Translations under genes and position numbers: made by a program
Shown here: positions 39,107 to 50,688 of the stretch, piece after piece
Position numbering within the stretch: the first letter of the stretch is position 1
Layout of the letters: every line of letters starts with the position of its first letter
Assembly: GCF_024700885.2 (NCBI RefSeq)
Contig: NZ_CP117016.1
Direction: 5' to 3' (one strand)
Source: Escherichia coli
GTDB taxonomy: Bacteria; Pseudomonadota; Gammaproteobacteria; Enterobacterales; Enterobacteriaceae
Length of the DNA stretch: 64,000 nucleotides
Notes under the pieces: model-generated
Seen by the model: only the letters and a program-made list of their open reading frames with translations
What the model was told of the DNA's origin: nothing
Databases searched by the model: none

Positions 39107-40330
39107 TTATCCCCGAATATCATTTATAAATTGACGTAACACGTTCTCTTTATCGAGCGTGCGTTCGGCATATTCACGTGCCACCGTGTTGTGTTTGGGC
39201 AGCAGGAGCGCCTGACGAATCCCCGCCACCAGCGCCTCGACCGATTCCGGTTCCACGCAAACCGCAATGCCCGGAAAGGTTTCGCAAAGCTGTCCCAGTT
39301 CTGTGTGGGCTTCAGCAGTAATCACCGCGTTACCGCCTACCGCCAGAATATTGGTCAGTTTCGACGGCAATACGGCATCTGCCGCGCCGCGTTTTTGCAC
39401 CACCAGATGGCAATCCCCCATCTTCAGCAGTGCGGGTAAAGCGTCATATGATTGCAGCGGAAAAAATTGCATGTTGCGCAGTCCACGCTGCTGCGCCATT
39501 TTTTCCAGCCGCGCTTTGCCGCCGCCCTGCCCGACAATGGCAAAAATAAGCGGTTCATCGCGCAGGCGATCGGCAGCTTCAATAACGTTTTCCAGCCCCT
39601 GCTTTTCACCAATATTGCCGGAGTAAAGAATGATTTTTTTGTTATCCGGCAGGCCAAGCTGGTTACGAAGGGCGTCAACATCGGCGTCTGCAACATGTTG
39701 AAAACGGGCGATTTCCGACCAGTTGGGGAAGAAGATGACGTTTTCCGCCGCCACGCCTTTTTCGATAGCTTTATTCATCATCGAGCGCGAAATCGTGGAG
39801 ACGTTATCGACGTTATGCAGTCCGCTACGTTCGAACGCCGTCGCCAGCTGTGCCACTTTGCCGCCTTTACTTTTTCCGGCAAGGCCCAGCCCCAGCATGG
39901 CGTCCACTTCGTAATCCTGAATATGCAGCACCGTGCGCGCACCAGAAAGTTTCGCCAGCAGGCGCATTCCCGGCGTGCAAAACAGCGTTGGCACCACGCC
40001 GATAATGCGATCCGGCTTCCAGCGACGTTGCGCCATCAACGGAAAAAAACTGCTGACGGCAAAACTGCCGAGATGCAACAGGCGTTTCAGGGTGCTCGGC
40101 TGTTTTGGCACGTACAGCGGGCAGCGCCACACCGTGGCGGCCCCCTCTTCTCGTTTGTACCGCCAGGCGGAATAGTTCTCGCCCACCTGCCATTGCGGGT
40201 AGTAAGGCGGTGCGGTAATAACCCGCACCTCATGACCTTGTGCCGCCAGCCATTCCACCATCTCGCCGGTGTATTTGCCGATGCCGGTTAACTCCGGCGA
40301 GTAGTTAATGCCGTAGACCAGTATTTTCAT
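39107..40330 (-). CDS. wcaI: Colanic acid GT4 glycosyltransferase WcaI
   Basis: 407-aa [38 protein letters not shown]... Confidence 0.85.
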   Translation of the reverse strand: MKILVYGINYSPELTGIGKYTGEMVEWLAAQGHEVRVITAPPYYPQWQVGENYSAWRYKREEGAATVWRCPLYVPKQPSTLKRLLHLGSFAVSSFFPLMAQRRWKPDRIIGVVPTLFCTPGMRLLAKLSGARTVLHIQDYEVDAMLGLGLAGKSKGGKVAQLATAFERSGLHNVDNVSTISRSMMNKAIEKGVAAENVIFFPNWSEIARFQHVADADVDALRNQLGLPDNKKIILYSGNIGEKQGLENVIEAADRLRDEPLIFAIVGQGGGKARLEKMAQQRGLRNMQFFPLQSYDALPALLKMGDCHLVVQKRGAADAVLPSKLTNILAVGGNAVITAEAHTELGQLCETFPGIAVCVEPESVEALVAGIRQALLLPKHNTVAREYAERTLDKENVLRQFINDIRG

Positions 40331-40809
40331 AATCCGGGTACTCCGGCACGCTTCTCAGCGAGAAAATAGGCGCGGCTGTTAGCGTGAACATTGTCACTGG
40401 CGAGCAGTGCGTCCGGCGTCAGCCAGCGGTAATCGTCATGCTGCTCATCCGGCAGTAACAGTTCTTCTTCCGCGACTCTGAAGCGAAAACCGAGCACCAC
40501 ATAGTGAGTGGTGAAATCCGTGCCAGAGAAGTTATCGTCATAAAAGTGCTGCCAGACACCGTAAAACTGGCCTGCTGTTATCGGCAGACGCAGCCCCAGT
40601 TCCGCCATCGTCAGCCGCTCAAATGCGGCCTCCAGCGTTTCGTCTTTCTGCACGCGCCCTCCCGGCACAAACCAGTAACCCTGCGCCGGGCGGTTGGTTC
40701 TTTTGCCAAGCAGAAACTCGCCGCGACTGTTCTCGACAATAAAGTCGAGAGAGACAAGCGGAGTGGAGCGCACTACCGTGGCAAAGTCTTCCTGACGTAA
40801 AAACATCAT
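40327..40809 (-). CDS. gmm: GDP-mannose mannosyl hydrolase (Nudix)
   Basis: 160-aa [69 protein letters not shown]; the true start may be the second Met. Confidence 0.85.
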   Translation of the reverse strand: MMFLRQEDFATVVRSTPLVSLDFIVENSRGEFLLGKRTNRPAQGYWFVPGGRVQKDETLEAAFERLTMAELGLRLPITAGQFYGVWQHFYDDNFSGTDFTTHYVVLGFRFRVAEEELLLPDEQHDDYRWLTPDALLASDNVHANSRAYFLAEKRAGVPGL

Positions 40810-41774
40810 TACCCCCGAAAGCGGTCTTGATTCTCAAGGAACCACTGGTAAGTGCTGGCAAGCCCCGCTTCCAGTGAGATTTCGTGATACCAGCCAAGCT
40901 GATGCAGCCGCGTCACATCCAGCAGTTTGCGCGGCGTGCCATCCGGTTTGCTGGCATCAAAAACCACCCGACCTTTGTAACCCACCACTTTGGCGATGGT
41001 TTGCGCCAGCTCGCGGATAGTGCAGTCAACGCCCGTGCCGACGTTAATGTGCGACAGCATCGGCTGGGTGTTCTCCAGCCAGACTTCATGCGCCAGCTCC
41101 ATCACATGAATGCTTGCCGCCGCCATATCATCGACGTGCAGAAATTCGCGCATCGGCGTACCGCTGCCCCACACCACCACGTCCGTCGCATTCTGTGCCG
41201 TCGCCTCGTGGAAGCGACGCAGCAATGCAGGGATCACATGCGAATTACTCGGATGGAAGTTGTCGTGCGGCCCGTACAGGTTGGTCGGCATGACCGAGCG
41301 GTAATCGCGTCCATACTGGCGGTTGTAAGATTCGCACAGTTTGATCCCGGCGATTTTGGCAATAGCATAAGGCTCGTTAGTCGGCTCCAGCGTACCCTGC
41401 AATAACTCGCTTTCTGCCATCGGCTGTTTTGCCAGTTTCGGGTAGATACAGGACGATCCGAGAAACAGCAGTTTGTTCACGTCGTTCTGATGCGCGGCGT
41501 GAATGATGTTGCTCTCAATCATCATGTTCTGGTAGATGAAATCTGCCGGATAGGTGTTGTTGGCAACAATGCCGCCCACTTTCGCCGCCGCCAGATAGAC
41601 CTGGTCAATACGTTCGCTGGCAAAGAAATCATGCACCGCGCGGCTGTCCAGCAGGTTCAGCTCGTCGCGGGTGCGTAATACCAGTTCCACATCACCGCGC
41701 TGTTCGAGCTGCCGCCTGATGGCGGAACCGACCATCCCGCGATGGCCAGCGATAAAAATGCGTTGTTTACTCAT
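40809..41774 (-). CDS. fcl: GDP-L-fucose synthase
   Basis: 321-aa [36 protein letters not shown]... Confidence 0.9.
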   Translation of the reverse strand: MSKQRIFIAGHRGMVGSAIRRQLEQRGDVELVLRTRDELNLLDSRAVHDFFASERIDQVYLAAAKVGGIVANNTYPADFIYQNMMIESNIIHAAHQNDVNKLLFLGSSCIYPKLAKQPMAESELLQGTLEPTNEPYAIAKIAGIKLCESYNRQYGRDYRSVMPTNLYGPHDNFHPSNSHVIPALLRRFHEATAQNATDVVVWGSGTPMREFLHVDDMAAASIHVMELAHEVWLENTQPMLSHINVGTGVDCTIRELAQTIAKVVGYKGRVVFDASKPDGTPRKLLDVTRLHQLGWYHEISLEAGLASTYQWFLENQDRFRG

Positions 41775-41776
41775 GC

Positions 41777-42898
41777 TTATGACTCCAGCGCGATCGCCAC
41801 GTCGTAGCCGTGAGATTTCAGCAGAGAGTGTTTTTTCGCCGCTTCAAGGTCATTAGCCACCATTTCAGACACCATCTCTCTGAGGGTGATTTCCGGTTTC
41901 CAGCCCAGTTTTTCGTGCGCTTTGGTCGGGTCGCCGAGCAGCGTTTCAACTTCAGCCGGACGGAAGTAGCGCGGGTCAACGGCGATAATCACATCACCCG
42001 GTTTAACGCCCGGCGCGTCATGCCCGGTGACGGAAACCACAATGCCCTTCTCTTCAACGCCCGTGCCTTCAAAGCGCAGTTTGATGCCCAGCTGTGCTGC
42101 CGCCATTTCCACGAACTGACGTACGGAGTACTGAACGCCGGTCGCGATAACGAAATCTTCCGGTTGTTCCTGTTGCAGCATCATCCACTGCATTTTTACG
42201 TAGTCTTTGGCATGGCCCCAGTCACGCAGGGAATCCATATTGCCGAGGTACAGGCACGACTCCAGCCCCTGGGCGATATTGGCGATTGCGCGGGTGATTT
42301 TGCGGGTAACGAAGGTTTCGCCACGGCGAGGGGATTCATGGTTAAAGAGAATACCGTTGCAGGCGTACATGCCGTAGGATTCGCGGTAGTTAACGGTGAT
42401 CCAGTAAGCGTACAGTTTGGCGACCGCATACGGAGAGCGTGGATAGAACGGCGTGGTTTCTTTCTGCGGAATTTCCTGCACCAGACCATACAGTTCAGAG
42501 GTGGAAGCCTGATAGAAACGGGTTTTCTTTTCCAGACCGAGGAAGCGGATCGCCTCCAGCAGACGCAGCGTACCCATCGCATCAACGTCTGCGGTATATT
42601 CCGGTGACTCAAAAGAAACCGCAACGTGGCTCATTGCCCCCAGGTTGTACACTTCATCCGGCTGCACTTCACGCAAAATGCGCGTCAGGTTGGAGGTATC
42701 ACTCAGGTCGCCATAATGCAGATGGAATTTCGGGTTGCAGGTGTGCGGATCCTGATAAATGTGATCCACGCGCTCGGTGTTGAATGACGATGCACGACGC
42801 TTAATACCATGCACCTCGTAACCTTTTTCCAACAGAAACTCTGCCAGGTAAGAACCGTCTTGTCCGGTTACACCGGTGATGAGAGCGACTTTTGACAT
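41777..42898 (-). CDS. gmd: GDP-mannose 4,6-dehydratase
   Basis: 373-aa [38 protein letters not shown]... Confidence 0.95.
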
Positions 42899-42924
42899 GT
42901 CTTATTCCTCTGTATTTTTTGAAT

Positions 42925-43473
42925 TTATTCAGTTTCAACGCGTTCGCGTATCACCACTGCGGGATTCCCCCGGCAAACCACATTTGCCGGAAGCGATTTA
43001 AAAACACTGCTTCGCGCACCCACGACGGTGCCGTTGCCGATCGTGACGCCAGGGGCAACAAAGACATCGGTTGCCAGCCAGCATTTCTCGCCAATCACAA
43101 TAGGCGTGGCGTTAATGGTGAAATGTTGACTTGCATGGTCGTGGCTACCGGTGCATAAATAACTTTTTTGCGATATCACCGAATGTGCGCCAATGGTTAT
43201 TTCACCGAGGGTATATAAATTGACGTCATCGCCGACCCACGCGTAATCACCTAAGGTTAATTTCCACGGATAGGTAATTTTTACTGACGGACGAATCACT
43301 ACGTTTTTTCCTATTTTTGCGCCGAATAAACGTAATAAAAATGCCCGCCAGCGATACAATACTTGTGGCGACCAGGCAAATAATGTTGCCTGTACTGCCC
43401 ACCACAATTGCACTTTAATAGCGTTGCCGCCCCGGAACCCTTTCGGCACCGAGAAACCACTTAAATCCTGCAT
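42925..43473 (-). CDS. wcaF: Colanic acid acetyltransferase WcaF (hexapeptide-repeat)
   Basis: 182-aa ORF; position in the wca cluster. Confidence 0.8.
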   Translation of the reverse strand: MQDLSGFSVPKGFRGGNAIKVQLWWAVQATLFAWSPQVLYRWRAFLLRLFGAKIGKNVVIRPSVKITYPWKLTLGDYAWVGDDVNLYTLGEITIGAHSVISQKSYLCTGSHDHASQHFTINATPIVIGEKCWLATDVFVAPGVTIGNGTVVGARSSVFKSLPANVVCRGNPAVVIRERVETE

Positions 43474-43488
43474 CGTTTTCCCTTATAT

Positions 43489-44235
43489 TCAGCTTTTGTT
43501 ATATAAGGCTTTCGTCTTTGCGGTCGTACGTTGGCGTAAATGCCAGGATAATTCTGCCCAGAAGCCAGGCACATGTAATATTTGCCGTTGGACTTTTTTG
43601 GCATCAGCACACAATTCCATATTATTGGTGGTAGATACCCCACCCATGGAAAATTCAGACACCAGGCCATTGAGTTTTTTAAATGCATAACCGGCTTTAT
43701 ACATTTTGGCTGCCAGCGCGTAGTCGGACGAAACTTTATATTCCAGGTCATAACGCCATTTTTTCAAGCCGGATACCGGAAAAAATATCGCCTGATGACT
43801 GGCGGGCAGGCTGTGATAAATATACCACCCCGGTTTGGCGCTACGTTTAATCTTATGCCCGTCGCCAAAATCCAGCAGCGCATCGCCGGTGATCATCACG
43901 TTATCTTTTTGCACTTTTAACTTACGGACAAAATTTGCGGCATCCTGATGAAAAATATCGCCCGAGTTGAGAAACAACGCGAACTTGCCTTGTGCCATCG
44001 CAATGCCCTTGTTCATGGCGTCGTAGATACCGTTATCTGGCTCGCTGACAAAGCGTAGGTTATAGATACCATTGAGATTTTCCAGATACTCACGGGTGCC
44101 GTCATTGGAACCGCCATCGACAACAATCCATTCGAAGCTGATATCGTCAGCCTGCGCCAGATGCGCCAACGAGGCATGTGTTTTGACTATCCCTGCGAGG
44201 TTACGAAACGCGACAGTGATTATGCTAAGCAACAT
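43489..44235 (-). CDS. wcaE: Colanic acid GT2 glycosyltransferase WcaE
   Basis: 248-aa [29 protein letters not shown]...[10 protein letters not shown]. Confidence 0.8.
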   Translation of the reverse strand: MLLSIITVAFRNLAGIVKTHASLAHLAQADDISFEWIVVDGGSNDGTREYLENLNGIYNLRFVSEPDNGIYDAMNKGIAMAQGKFALFLNSGDIFHQDAANFVRKLKVQKDNVMITGDALLDFGDGHKIKRSAKPGWYIYHSLPASHQAIFFPVSGLKKWRYDLEYKVSSDYALAAKMYKAGYAFKKLNGLVSEFSMGGVSTTNNMELCADAKKVQRQILHVPGFWAELSWHLRQRTTAKTKALYNKS

Positions 44236-44245
44236 GTTCTTATTC

Positions 44246-45463
44246 TTACCTCGTAATATTTAACGCTTTTCGCAAAATAAACGGACAGACGATTAAAAAT
44301 GCATATTCCGGGCTAAATATCGAACCGGTAAAAAACAGCGATACCGGAGTAAAAAGATATAATTGCACGCGAAAATTGCGGTTATCACCAAAAGCGTTGA
44401 TCATCATTTTTATCACTTTTCCCATGTACCACAGCGATAAAAACACTGCGCACCAGGAAAAATAAATAATCAGCAGATACAAACCATTGTCTATGGTTTT
44501 TCCGACATCCGCACCGTTAAATATTCCGAATGATGCGACATATTCATAAAGTGAGCCAAATCTGACTACACCGTCAATATGGGTCAAAGAATAACCGACC
44601 ATCACCAGCGGACCGACAATACGATAATACGATGACGATCCTTCCGTACCTAAATCGCCCAGACGGGTGGAAATATAAGGAAACGCGATTACCACACCAA
44701 CCAGGAATACAGCCAGAGAAACCAATGCTAACGGTAACTTTTTCTTAATCGCCTCTTTATTCAGATATTGAAATGCCCACTCCAGCAAATAAAACAGGAT
44801 AAAGGTCATAACCCCTGAAAACGATCCGGATAATATTATCCCTGCGAGAATCATAGCATCGGTTTTAGGGGTTTTGATACCAAACTGTTTGATGCTGAGC
44901 CAAATTGAGATTAATGCCAGAGCGAAAAATGCCGGTTCGAAATAAAGTGCTGTCGTGCGCTTGCCGCCGAATTTGATGAAATTCAGCACATAGCTGTTGC
45001 TGTAAATCAGATATTTCGAAATCGACTCCATAATACTGCTGCCACCGGTGAGGATAATTTGCGCCATCTCCACTGCCGCCAGCGCCACCACCAGCCCGAC
45101 CACCAGATAAAAGAAACGTAATATCTTGCGATGGTTGTGTGGCGAAATCGTTTTAAAGCGAATACTCCACACCATGCCAATAATGATCACAATATAGACA
45201 AACAGCATGGTTGAAGTGACGTATTTACCGGCATCCAACGACTGACCAAACAGGTAGTTAAACGCCGTGAGTCCCGCGCCAATCCCTAAGGCAATCATCA
45301 ATTTTTTAACGCTGATGCGTTCTAAAAACAGCAGTAACAAGACAGGTAAAAAAGTGACGATGGTGATGGGGAAACTTTCGCCAAGCTGGGCGATTTTGAC
45401 GTTAACCAACAGGTAAATCAGCGGCAGCAGCAGGTAGCTACAGATTCTGATAGAAGTTGACAT
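44246..45463 (-). CDS. wcaD: Colanic acid polymerase WcaD
   Basis: Track ORF 44246..45535; start trimmed to [28 protein letters not shown] (405 aa, polytopic membrane protein). Confidence 0.8.
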   Translation of the reverse strand: MSTSIRICSYLLLPLIYLLVNVKIAQLGESFPITIVTFLPVLLLLFLERISVKKLMIALGIGAGLTAFNYLFGQSLDAGKYVTSTMLFVYIVIIIGMVWSIRFKTISPHNHRKILRFFYLVVGLVVALAAVEMAQIILTGGSSIMESISKYLIYSNSYVLNFIKFGGKRTTALYFEPAFFALALISIWLSIKQFGIKTPKTDAMILAGIILSGSFSGVMTFILFYLLEWAFQYLNKEAIKKKLPLALVSLAVFLVGVVIAFPYISTRLGDLGTEGSSSYYRIVGPLVMVGYSLTHIDGVVRFGSLYEYVASFGIFNGADVGKTIDNGLYLLIIYFSWCAVFLSLWYMGKVIKMMINAFGDNRNFRVQLYLFTPVSLFFTGSIFSPEYAFLIVCPFILRKALNITR

Positions 45464-46655
45464 ACTCCTCCAGCATCTGTTGTCCACTGTAGGCGGCGCG
45501 GCTGCGCTGGCTGAACTCAGCCAGCGTGGTACCAAATATCGCCTGTGCGATTTCCGGTTTGCTTAACTGCACCAGCTGCAGCACATCTTCTTCGCTGACG
45601 GTTTTACCACCGGATTTTTGCAGCACTTCCCGCGCCGCGTCGCTATGGGTGGCAATCACCGGCACGCCAATCGATAACGCCTCACACAAAATCAGCGGGT
45701 AGTTATCGACGCGAGAACTGAACACCAGCGCATCCATCTGGTTGAGCGCGCTCATCAGTTTACGTTTGTCAGTTTCAAAGCCGTGATTAACAACGTTACC
45801 AGCGGTGAACGGCGAGAACTTACCAAAGGTATGCAGTTCGATTTTGTCGCCCAGCGCCATCATCTCGCGTACCAGTTGCTGGTTAGTTTTGCCGTCGTAA
45901 CGCAGGTCATGCGCCACCACCGCGATTTTCGGCTTGCCCTGGGTTTCGCGTACCGGAGGCAAGTCCGCCAGAATCGCTTCGGTTGCCATATCAATGCCAT
46001 TATTGATAATCCGGCAACGCCCTGGACCGTACAGACTATTGAAAGCATCAGCCACATGCTGGCTGGGGGAAATAAACTGACAGCCCAGCGCCAGCATCTC
46101 ACGGAATAACTGCCGTTTGCCCGCCACCAGTTGGTGTGCGCGATCAATCTTCACCGGCGGATAATTATTTAAGGTCGGGCATTTCTGGCAGCCCGTTTTC
46201 CAGCCTTCGCAACCGTCGGTAAAGGCGCAGCGTCCGGTAACGCTCCAGTGGTCGTGTAGTGTCCAGACCAGAGTGACATCCGTTTTATGGTTTTTCACTT
46301 TTTCGCAAAAGCGCACCACGCTCTTAAGATTCAACCAGTAGCTGTGCAGCACATGAAAATGCAGGACCACCGGACCCGGTGTGCGAGTAATGGTGCGATA
46401 TAACTCATTGAAATTGCCGAACAGATCGCGATTAAGCAGACGAAACAACGCAATGTTCGCCATTGCGGTCATCCGCGGCGTATGTTTGATGACCTGCGGA
46501 TAGTTTTGATGGCCGACGCTCTCTTTGCCGCCTTTGCCGTAGCCGTAGACAAAATGTGACGCCAGCCCCTGTTGCAGCGCACGCAGGTGAAGATCTAACG
46601 CCACACCTGCTGCCCCGCCTTCCGCCAGTCGCACATTAAATTGCAGAATATTCAT
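45438..46655 (-). CDS. wcaC: Colanic acid GT4 glycosyltransferase WcaC
   Basis: 405-aa ORF MNILQFNVRLAEGGAAGVALDLHLRALQQG... Confidence 0.85.
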   Translation of the reverse strand: MNILQFNVRLAEGGAAGVALDLHLRALQQGLASHFVYGYGKGGKESVGHQNYPQVIKHTPRMTAMANIALFRLLNRDLFGNFNELYRTITRTPGPVVLHFHVLHSYWLNLKSVVRFCEKVKNHKTDVTLVWTLHDHWSVTGRCAFTDGCEGWKTGCQKCPTLNNYPPVKIDRAHQLVAGKRQLFREMLALGCQFISPSQHVADAFNSLYGPGRCRIINNGIDMATEAILADLPPVRETQGKPKIAVVAHDLRYDGKTNQQLVREMMALGDKIELHTFGKFSPFTAGNVVNHGFETDKRKLMSALNQMDALVFSSRVDNYPLILCEALSIGVPVIATHSDAAREVLQKSGGKTVSEEDVLQLVQLSKPEIAQAIFGTTLAEFSQRSRAAYSGQQMLEEYVNFYQNL

Positions 46656-47140
46656 TTAATTACCTTCACTCGCGCTTTTTCTCCCACCACCAGCGCGTTG
46701 TCCGGGACAGAGTCGAGCACCACGCTGCCCGCGCCCACGGTGACGTTGTTACCAAGCGTGATATCACCAAGAATAATGACGTTGGCACCGAGTTCGACGC
46801 CGTTGCCAATGTGTGGACATGCCATGTTATCGGCACCACGATTGCCGATAGTGACGCCGTGACGAATGGTGAAATCATCCCCCGCGACCACGTTTTTATT
46901 GATCACCACGGCGTAACCGTGATGGATAGTGAAACGGCGGCCAATGGTCGCGGCGGCCTGGATTTCATAACCGAAAAAGCATTCGGTGATAATGCGATAC
47001 AGCACCAGCAGCGGGGCCGCCCACAGATTGTTGAGGACGTTCTTTTTGCGCCACACCGAACAAAAATGAGCGACGCGATAGGCAAGAACCATGCAGCACG
47101 GACGTAAACTCCAGCTGTTGGCGCGCAGATCTTCCAGCAT
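46652..47140 (-). CDS. wcaB: Colanic acid acetyltransferase WcaB (hexapeptide-repeat)
   Basis: 162-aa ORF MLEDLRANSWSLRPCCMVLAYRVAHF... Confidence 0.85.
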   Translation of the reverse strand: MLEDLRANSWSLRPCCMVLAYRVAHFCSVWRKKNVLNNLWAAPLLVLYRIITECFFGYEIQAAATIGRRFTIHHGYAVVINKNVVAGDDFTIRHGVTIGNRGADNMACPHIGNGVELGANVIILGDITLGNNVTVGAGSVVLDSVPDNALVVGEKARVKVIK

Positions 47141-47142
47141 CT

Positions 47143-47982
47143 TTAGCGCCCCCGAATACCATCAGCCAGACGTTTGCCGTTACGCACCGACAGCAGCGTC
47201 AGCAAAGTGCGCCAGGTCATGCGTTTATTGCGGATCTGGTAGAGGGTAAACAGCTGATATTTTTTGCTGGCGCGGTCAAATTTGTCTTTGTGCTTACGGT
47301 AAAAGTGGAAGTATCCGGAGAATTTTTTCGGTGACGAGGTGATCTGCATTTCGCCGTGATTGATATGCAGGATCTGCGTCGCCTCTTCCACTTTCCACGG
47401 TTCGCCGTACTCCACCACCATCCGCAGGAAGATGTCGTAATCCTGTGCCGCTTTCAGTTCGGTATCGAACAAACACTCTTTGAAACGCCATGCCCAGGTA
47501 AAAACCTGATTGCCAATGATATTGCGTTTGTAGAACAGGCGGCGTGAATACGGCGATTTGGGATACAGCGGCAAGCTTGCCGGTTGGGAATAGACTTCGC
47601 CCTGGCAAACGTAGTCGTTAGCGTACAAAAAGGCATGTGTGACCAGTTGCTGTTTATGGGCGAGGAAGACGCTCAGGCGGTTGGGTGTCCATTCATCATC
47701 ATCATCGATCCCGGTGATGTATTCCCCTTGCGCCAGCATAATCGCCTGGTTACGTACCGCGCACGCCCCGCTGTTAATGTCGTTGTGAATGTAAGTGATG
47801 CGCGGATCGTTGAGGGCGGTGACGTACTGTTGTAGTTGTTCCCAGGAGGTGGAGCAATCATCCACGATAATCATCTCCCAGTTGTTGTAGTCCTGGCGCA
47901 GGACCGATTTTATCGCCCGAATAGCCAGTTGTTGGCGGTTCCAGGTCGGCATATAGATTGAAATCAGCGGATTGTCTTTCAT
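47143..47982 (-). CDS. wcaA: Colanic acid GT2 glycosyltransferase WcaA
   Basis: 279-aa ORF MKDNPLISIYMPTWNRQQLAIRAIKSVLRQDYNNWEMIIVDD. Confidence 0.85.
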   Translation of the reverse strand: MKDNPLISIYMPTWNRQQLAIRAIKSVLRQDYNNWEMIIVDDCSTSWEQLQQYVTALNDPRITYIHNDINSGACAVRNQAIMLAQGEYITGIDDDDEWTPNRLSVFLAHKQQLVTHAFLYANDYVCQGEVYSQPASLPLYPKSPYSRRLFYKRNIIGNQVFTWAWRFKECLFDTELKAAQDYDIFLRMVVEYGEPWKVEEATQILHINHGEMQITSSPKKFSGYFHFYRKHKDKFDRASKKYQLFTLYQIRNKRMTWRTLLTLLSVRNGKRLADGIRGR

Positions 47983-48012
47983 AGGTTGTTCTCACGGCTT
48001 ATGAGCTGGTTT

Positions 48013-48090
48013 GCTTGCCGGATGCGGCGTGAACGCCTTATCCGGCCTACGGGGCGGTGCGAATGCAGGCGTCGTTATTTCGCATCCGAC
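48013..48090. repeat. REP/BIME palindromic units between wcaA and wzc
   Basis: gccggatgcggcgtgaacgccttatccggcctac followed by a second unit ggtgcgaatgcaggcgtcgttatttcgcatccgac that overlaps the wzc stop. Confidence 0.75.
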
Positions 48091-50237
48091 TTATATTCAT
48101 ATTCGTAATAGCCATAATCCTGATACGCGCTGGCGCGGCGGAAGATGGAGTTCAGAATCACCCCTTTCACCGGAATACCGTTTTGCTCAAAGCGGCTCAG
48201 ACTGGTTTCCACTTCTTTCAATGTGTTGACCGCATAACGCGCCACCATTAATGTGGTTCCGACATGACGACCAACAATTGCCGCATCGGTCACTGCCAGA
48301 ATCGGCGGCGTATCAATCAACACCAGGTCGTAGTTTTTACTCGCCCACTTCACCAGTTCGGCAAAGCGTTCGCTCATTAACAGTTCAGAAGGATTTGGCG
48401 GCACCTGACCGCGCGGGATCAGATCAAATTTGGCAATAGAGGTCGGTTTAGCAGCGGTAGTAATATCGCCCTGACCAATCAAAATTTCCGACAGGCCATT
48501 GACGTTATTGGTGCCCAACAGCTCGTGGGTGTAGCCTTTGCGCATATCGCAGTCGATCAACAACACCCGTTTATTGGTCTGACTGATCACCGCCGCCAGG
48601 TTAGCGCAGACAAAGGTTTTACCGATTGACGGGCTAACCCCGGTCATCATCAACACATTGTTCTGCGCCTGCATCATCGCGAAGTGCAGACTGGTACGCA
48701 GACTGCGGATGGCTTCAATCGCCAGATCGGTTGGATTCCCCACTGCCAGTAGCTGGCTTTGTTTATGGCGTTTAACCCCTTTGATGGTTTTAACGCTATC
48801 GCGCGCTTTCTGCCATTCCGACAGCGGGATGCTGGCATAGACGCTGATGCCATGTTCTTCCAGCACCTGCGGGCTTTCGATACCGCGATTAAACAACGAG
48901 CGCAGCAGCACCCCCACGATAGAGAGCATCAGGCCGAGGATAATCGCCCCAAGGATAATCAGCCCTTTCTTCGGTTTTAGCACACCAGGCTGGGTGATTG
49001 CCGGGTCAACAATGCGCACATCGCCGACGGTGCTGGCTTCGGTGATTTTCAGCTCCTGCTCTTTATTCAGCAGCTGCATATAGACCTGCTGACCAGACTC
49101 GACATCGCGGGTCAGACGCACAATTTCCTGCTGGGTTTTCGGCATCGCCGTTACGCGACCATTAAGTTTGGCTTTTTCGTCTTCCAGCGCCTGCCGTTTC
49201 TCCAGCAGCGTGCGGTACGCCGGGTGAACTTTGGTGTACAGCTTGGAGATTTCCGCCTCTTTAAAGGTCAGTTCGTTCAACTGCGCGTCGATGTTCACCA
49301 TCGAATCGAGCACCGCTTTCGCTTCCAGCGGCAGATCAACAGAATCTTTATCCTGACGGAAGGCATTCAGTTTGTTTTCGGCAACATCAAGGCGGCTACG
49401 TACTTCCGGTAACTGTTGCGCGAGGAAAGCGAGGCTTTTCGACGCTTCCGCCGATTTGCGCTCAATATTTTGTTCCTGATAGTTACGGGCGATGCTGTTA
49501 AGAATGTCGCGGATCTGTTCGCGATCTTCACCGGTATAAGTCAGGCTCAGTACGCCTGCGTCTTTGCCGTTCTCCGTTACCGTCAGGCTGTTTTGCAGTT
49601 GATTGATCATCCCCAGCGTGGAGTATTTGGTGACGGTAAACTCACTGCCCGGGCGGGCGTGAATGGCTTCAACCATCAGCGTGACGCCTTCTTTTTTCAG
49701 CATCTGGCCCGCTTGCCCACGGGCGCTAAAGCCGCCGTCGCTGCTCAAAGTGTAGTTTTTGTTGTCCAGCACATTAAGCGTAAACACCTGATCCGCCATC
49801 CCCTTCGGACGGTTAAAGGCGGTCACTTTTACCGTCTCGTTCTGGCGTCCCATCAGGCGATCCCAGCCCGCACCGAAAATCGGGAACGTATTTTTGCTCA
49901 CCGCAATATCGAGGTCGAGATCGTCCACCGTTTTACCAAGCACCAGACGCGAACGAATCAACTGGATCTCGGCGTCCGATGCAGGCGGTTTGTTGGCTAA
50001 TGCCGATCCGATATCCTGCACCAGCGAATTGCCGCTGCTTTGCTCGATTTGTACCAGTGCGTCGGCACTATAAATCGGCGTGGCGAAGAAGGTGTAAACC
50101 ACGGCACAGAGGGCAAATACGGCGGTGATGCCAATCACCCACCAGCGCGCTTCAATGACGGTGCCGACCAGGCGACCAATATCGATTTCATCACTGCCCG
50201 TTACCGGAGCGGCATGTTGTTTTACTTTTTCTGTCAT
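48075..50237 (-). CDS. wzc: Tyrosine autokinase / polysaccharide co-polymerase Wzc
   Basis: Track ORF 48075..50273; start trimmed to MTEKVKQHAAPVTGSDEIDIGRL; Walker A (GVSPSIGKT) and C-terminal Tyr-rich tail YGYYEYEYKSDAK. Confidence 0.9.
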   Translation of the reverse strand: MTEKVKQHAAPVTGSDEIDIGRLVGTVIEARWWVIGITAVFALCAVVYTFFATPIYSADALVQIEQSSGNSLVQDIGSALANKPPASDAEIQLIRSRLVLGKTVDDLDLDIAVSKNTFPIFGAGWDRLMGRQNETVKVTAFNRPKGMADQVFTLNVLDNKNYTLSSDGGFSARGQAGQMLKKEGVTLMVEAIHARPGSEFTVTKYSTLGMINQLQNSLTVTENGKDAGVLSLTYTGEDREQIRDILNSIARNYQEQNIERKSAEASKSLAFLAQQLPEVRSRLDVAENKLNAFRQDKDSVDLPLEAKAVLDSMVNIDAQLNELTFKEAEISKLYTKVHPAYRTLLEKRQALEDEKAKLNGRVTAMPKTQQEIVRLTRDVESGQQVYMQLLNKEQELKITEASTVGDVRIVDPAITQPGVLKPKKGLIILGAIILGLMLSIVGVLLRSLFNRGIESPQVLEEHGISVYASIPLSEWQKARDSVKTIKGVKRHKQSQLLAVGNPTDLAIEAIRSLRTSLHFAMMQAQNNVLMMTGVSPSIGKTFVCANLAAVISQTNKRVLLIDCDMRKGYTHELLGTNNVNGLSEILIGQGDITTAAKPTSIAKFDLIPRGQVPPNPSELLMSERFAELVKWASKNYDLVLIDTPPILAVTDAAIVGRHVGTTLMVARYAVNTLKEVETSLSRFEQNGIPVKGVILNSIFRRASAYQDYGYYEYEYKSDAK

Positions 50238-50239
50238 TC

Positions 50240-50683
50240 TTATACCTGCTCTGCGTTCAATGCCTGCGCCCACTGGCGGGCAGACCGTTCAAGTAATGTG
50301 TACACCGCTGCAAACGTTTCCCGGCTTTTGCGATACGGATCGGGGATTTCACATTCGTTATCCCAGTGACCAAACAGCATCACTTTGCCGCGCATCTCGG
50401 GTGCCATCTCGCATAAGCGTTCGATATGGCGCTTTTCCATGGTCAAAATCAGGTCGTAGTTGCGACACAGGCGACGGCTGATTTGACGGGCACAGTGACC
50501 TTCCAGAGACAGTTGATGTTCTGCGGCGACGCTGATAGCGGTAGGATCAGCGCCCTTACCGACCAGCGCGCCGAGTCCAGCGGACTCCACTTTCAGCTCC
50601 GGGTGATAACGTTGCAGTAAGCGTTCCGCCGTCGGGGAACGGCAAATATTGCCGACACAGACAACTAAGATGTTGTTAAACAT
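50240..50683 (-). CDS. wzb: Low-molecular-weight protein-tyrosine phosphatase Wzb
   Basis: 147-aa ORF with the CVGNICRSP P-loop. Confidence 0.9.
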   Translation of the reverse strand: MFNNILVVCVGNICRSPTAERLLQRYHPELKVESAGLGALVGKGADPTAISVAAEHQLSLEGHCARQISRRLCRNYDLILTMEKRHIERLCEMAPEMRGKVMLFGHWDNECEIPDPYRKSRETFAAVYTLLERSARQWAQALNAEQV

Positions 50684-50688
50684 GACGA

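Noticed and set aside
39452-40291. 279-aa + strand ORF
   Set aside because: Antisense shadow ORF inside wcaI; Arg/His-rich composition typical of a GC-rich reverse frame.
41810-42607. 265-aa + strand ORF
   Set aside because: Antisense shadow ORF inside gmd.
49416-50000. 194-aa + strand ORF
   Set aside because: Antisense shadow ORF inside wzc.
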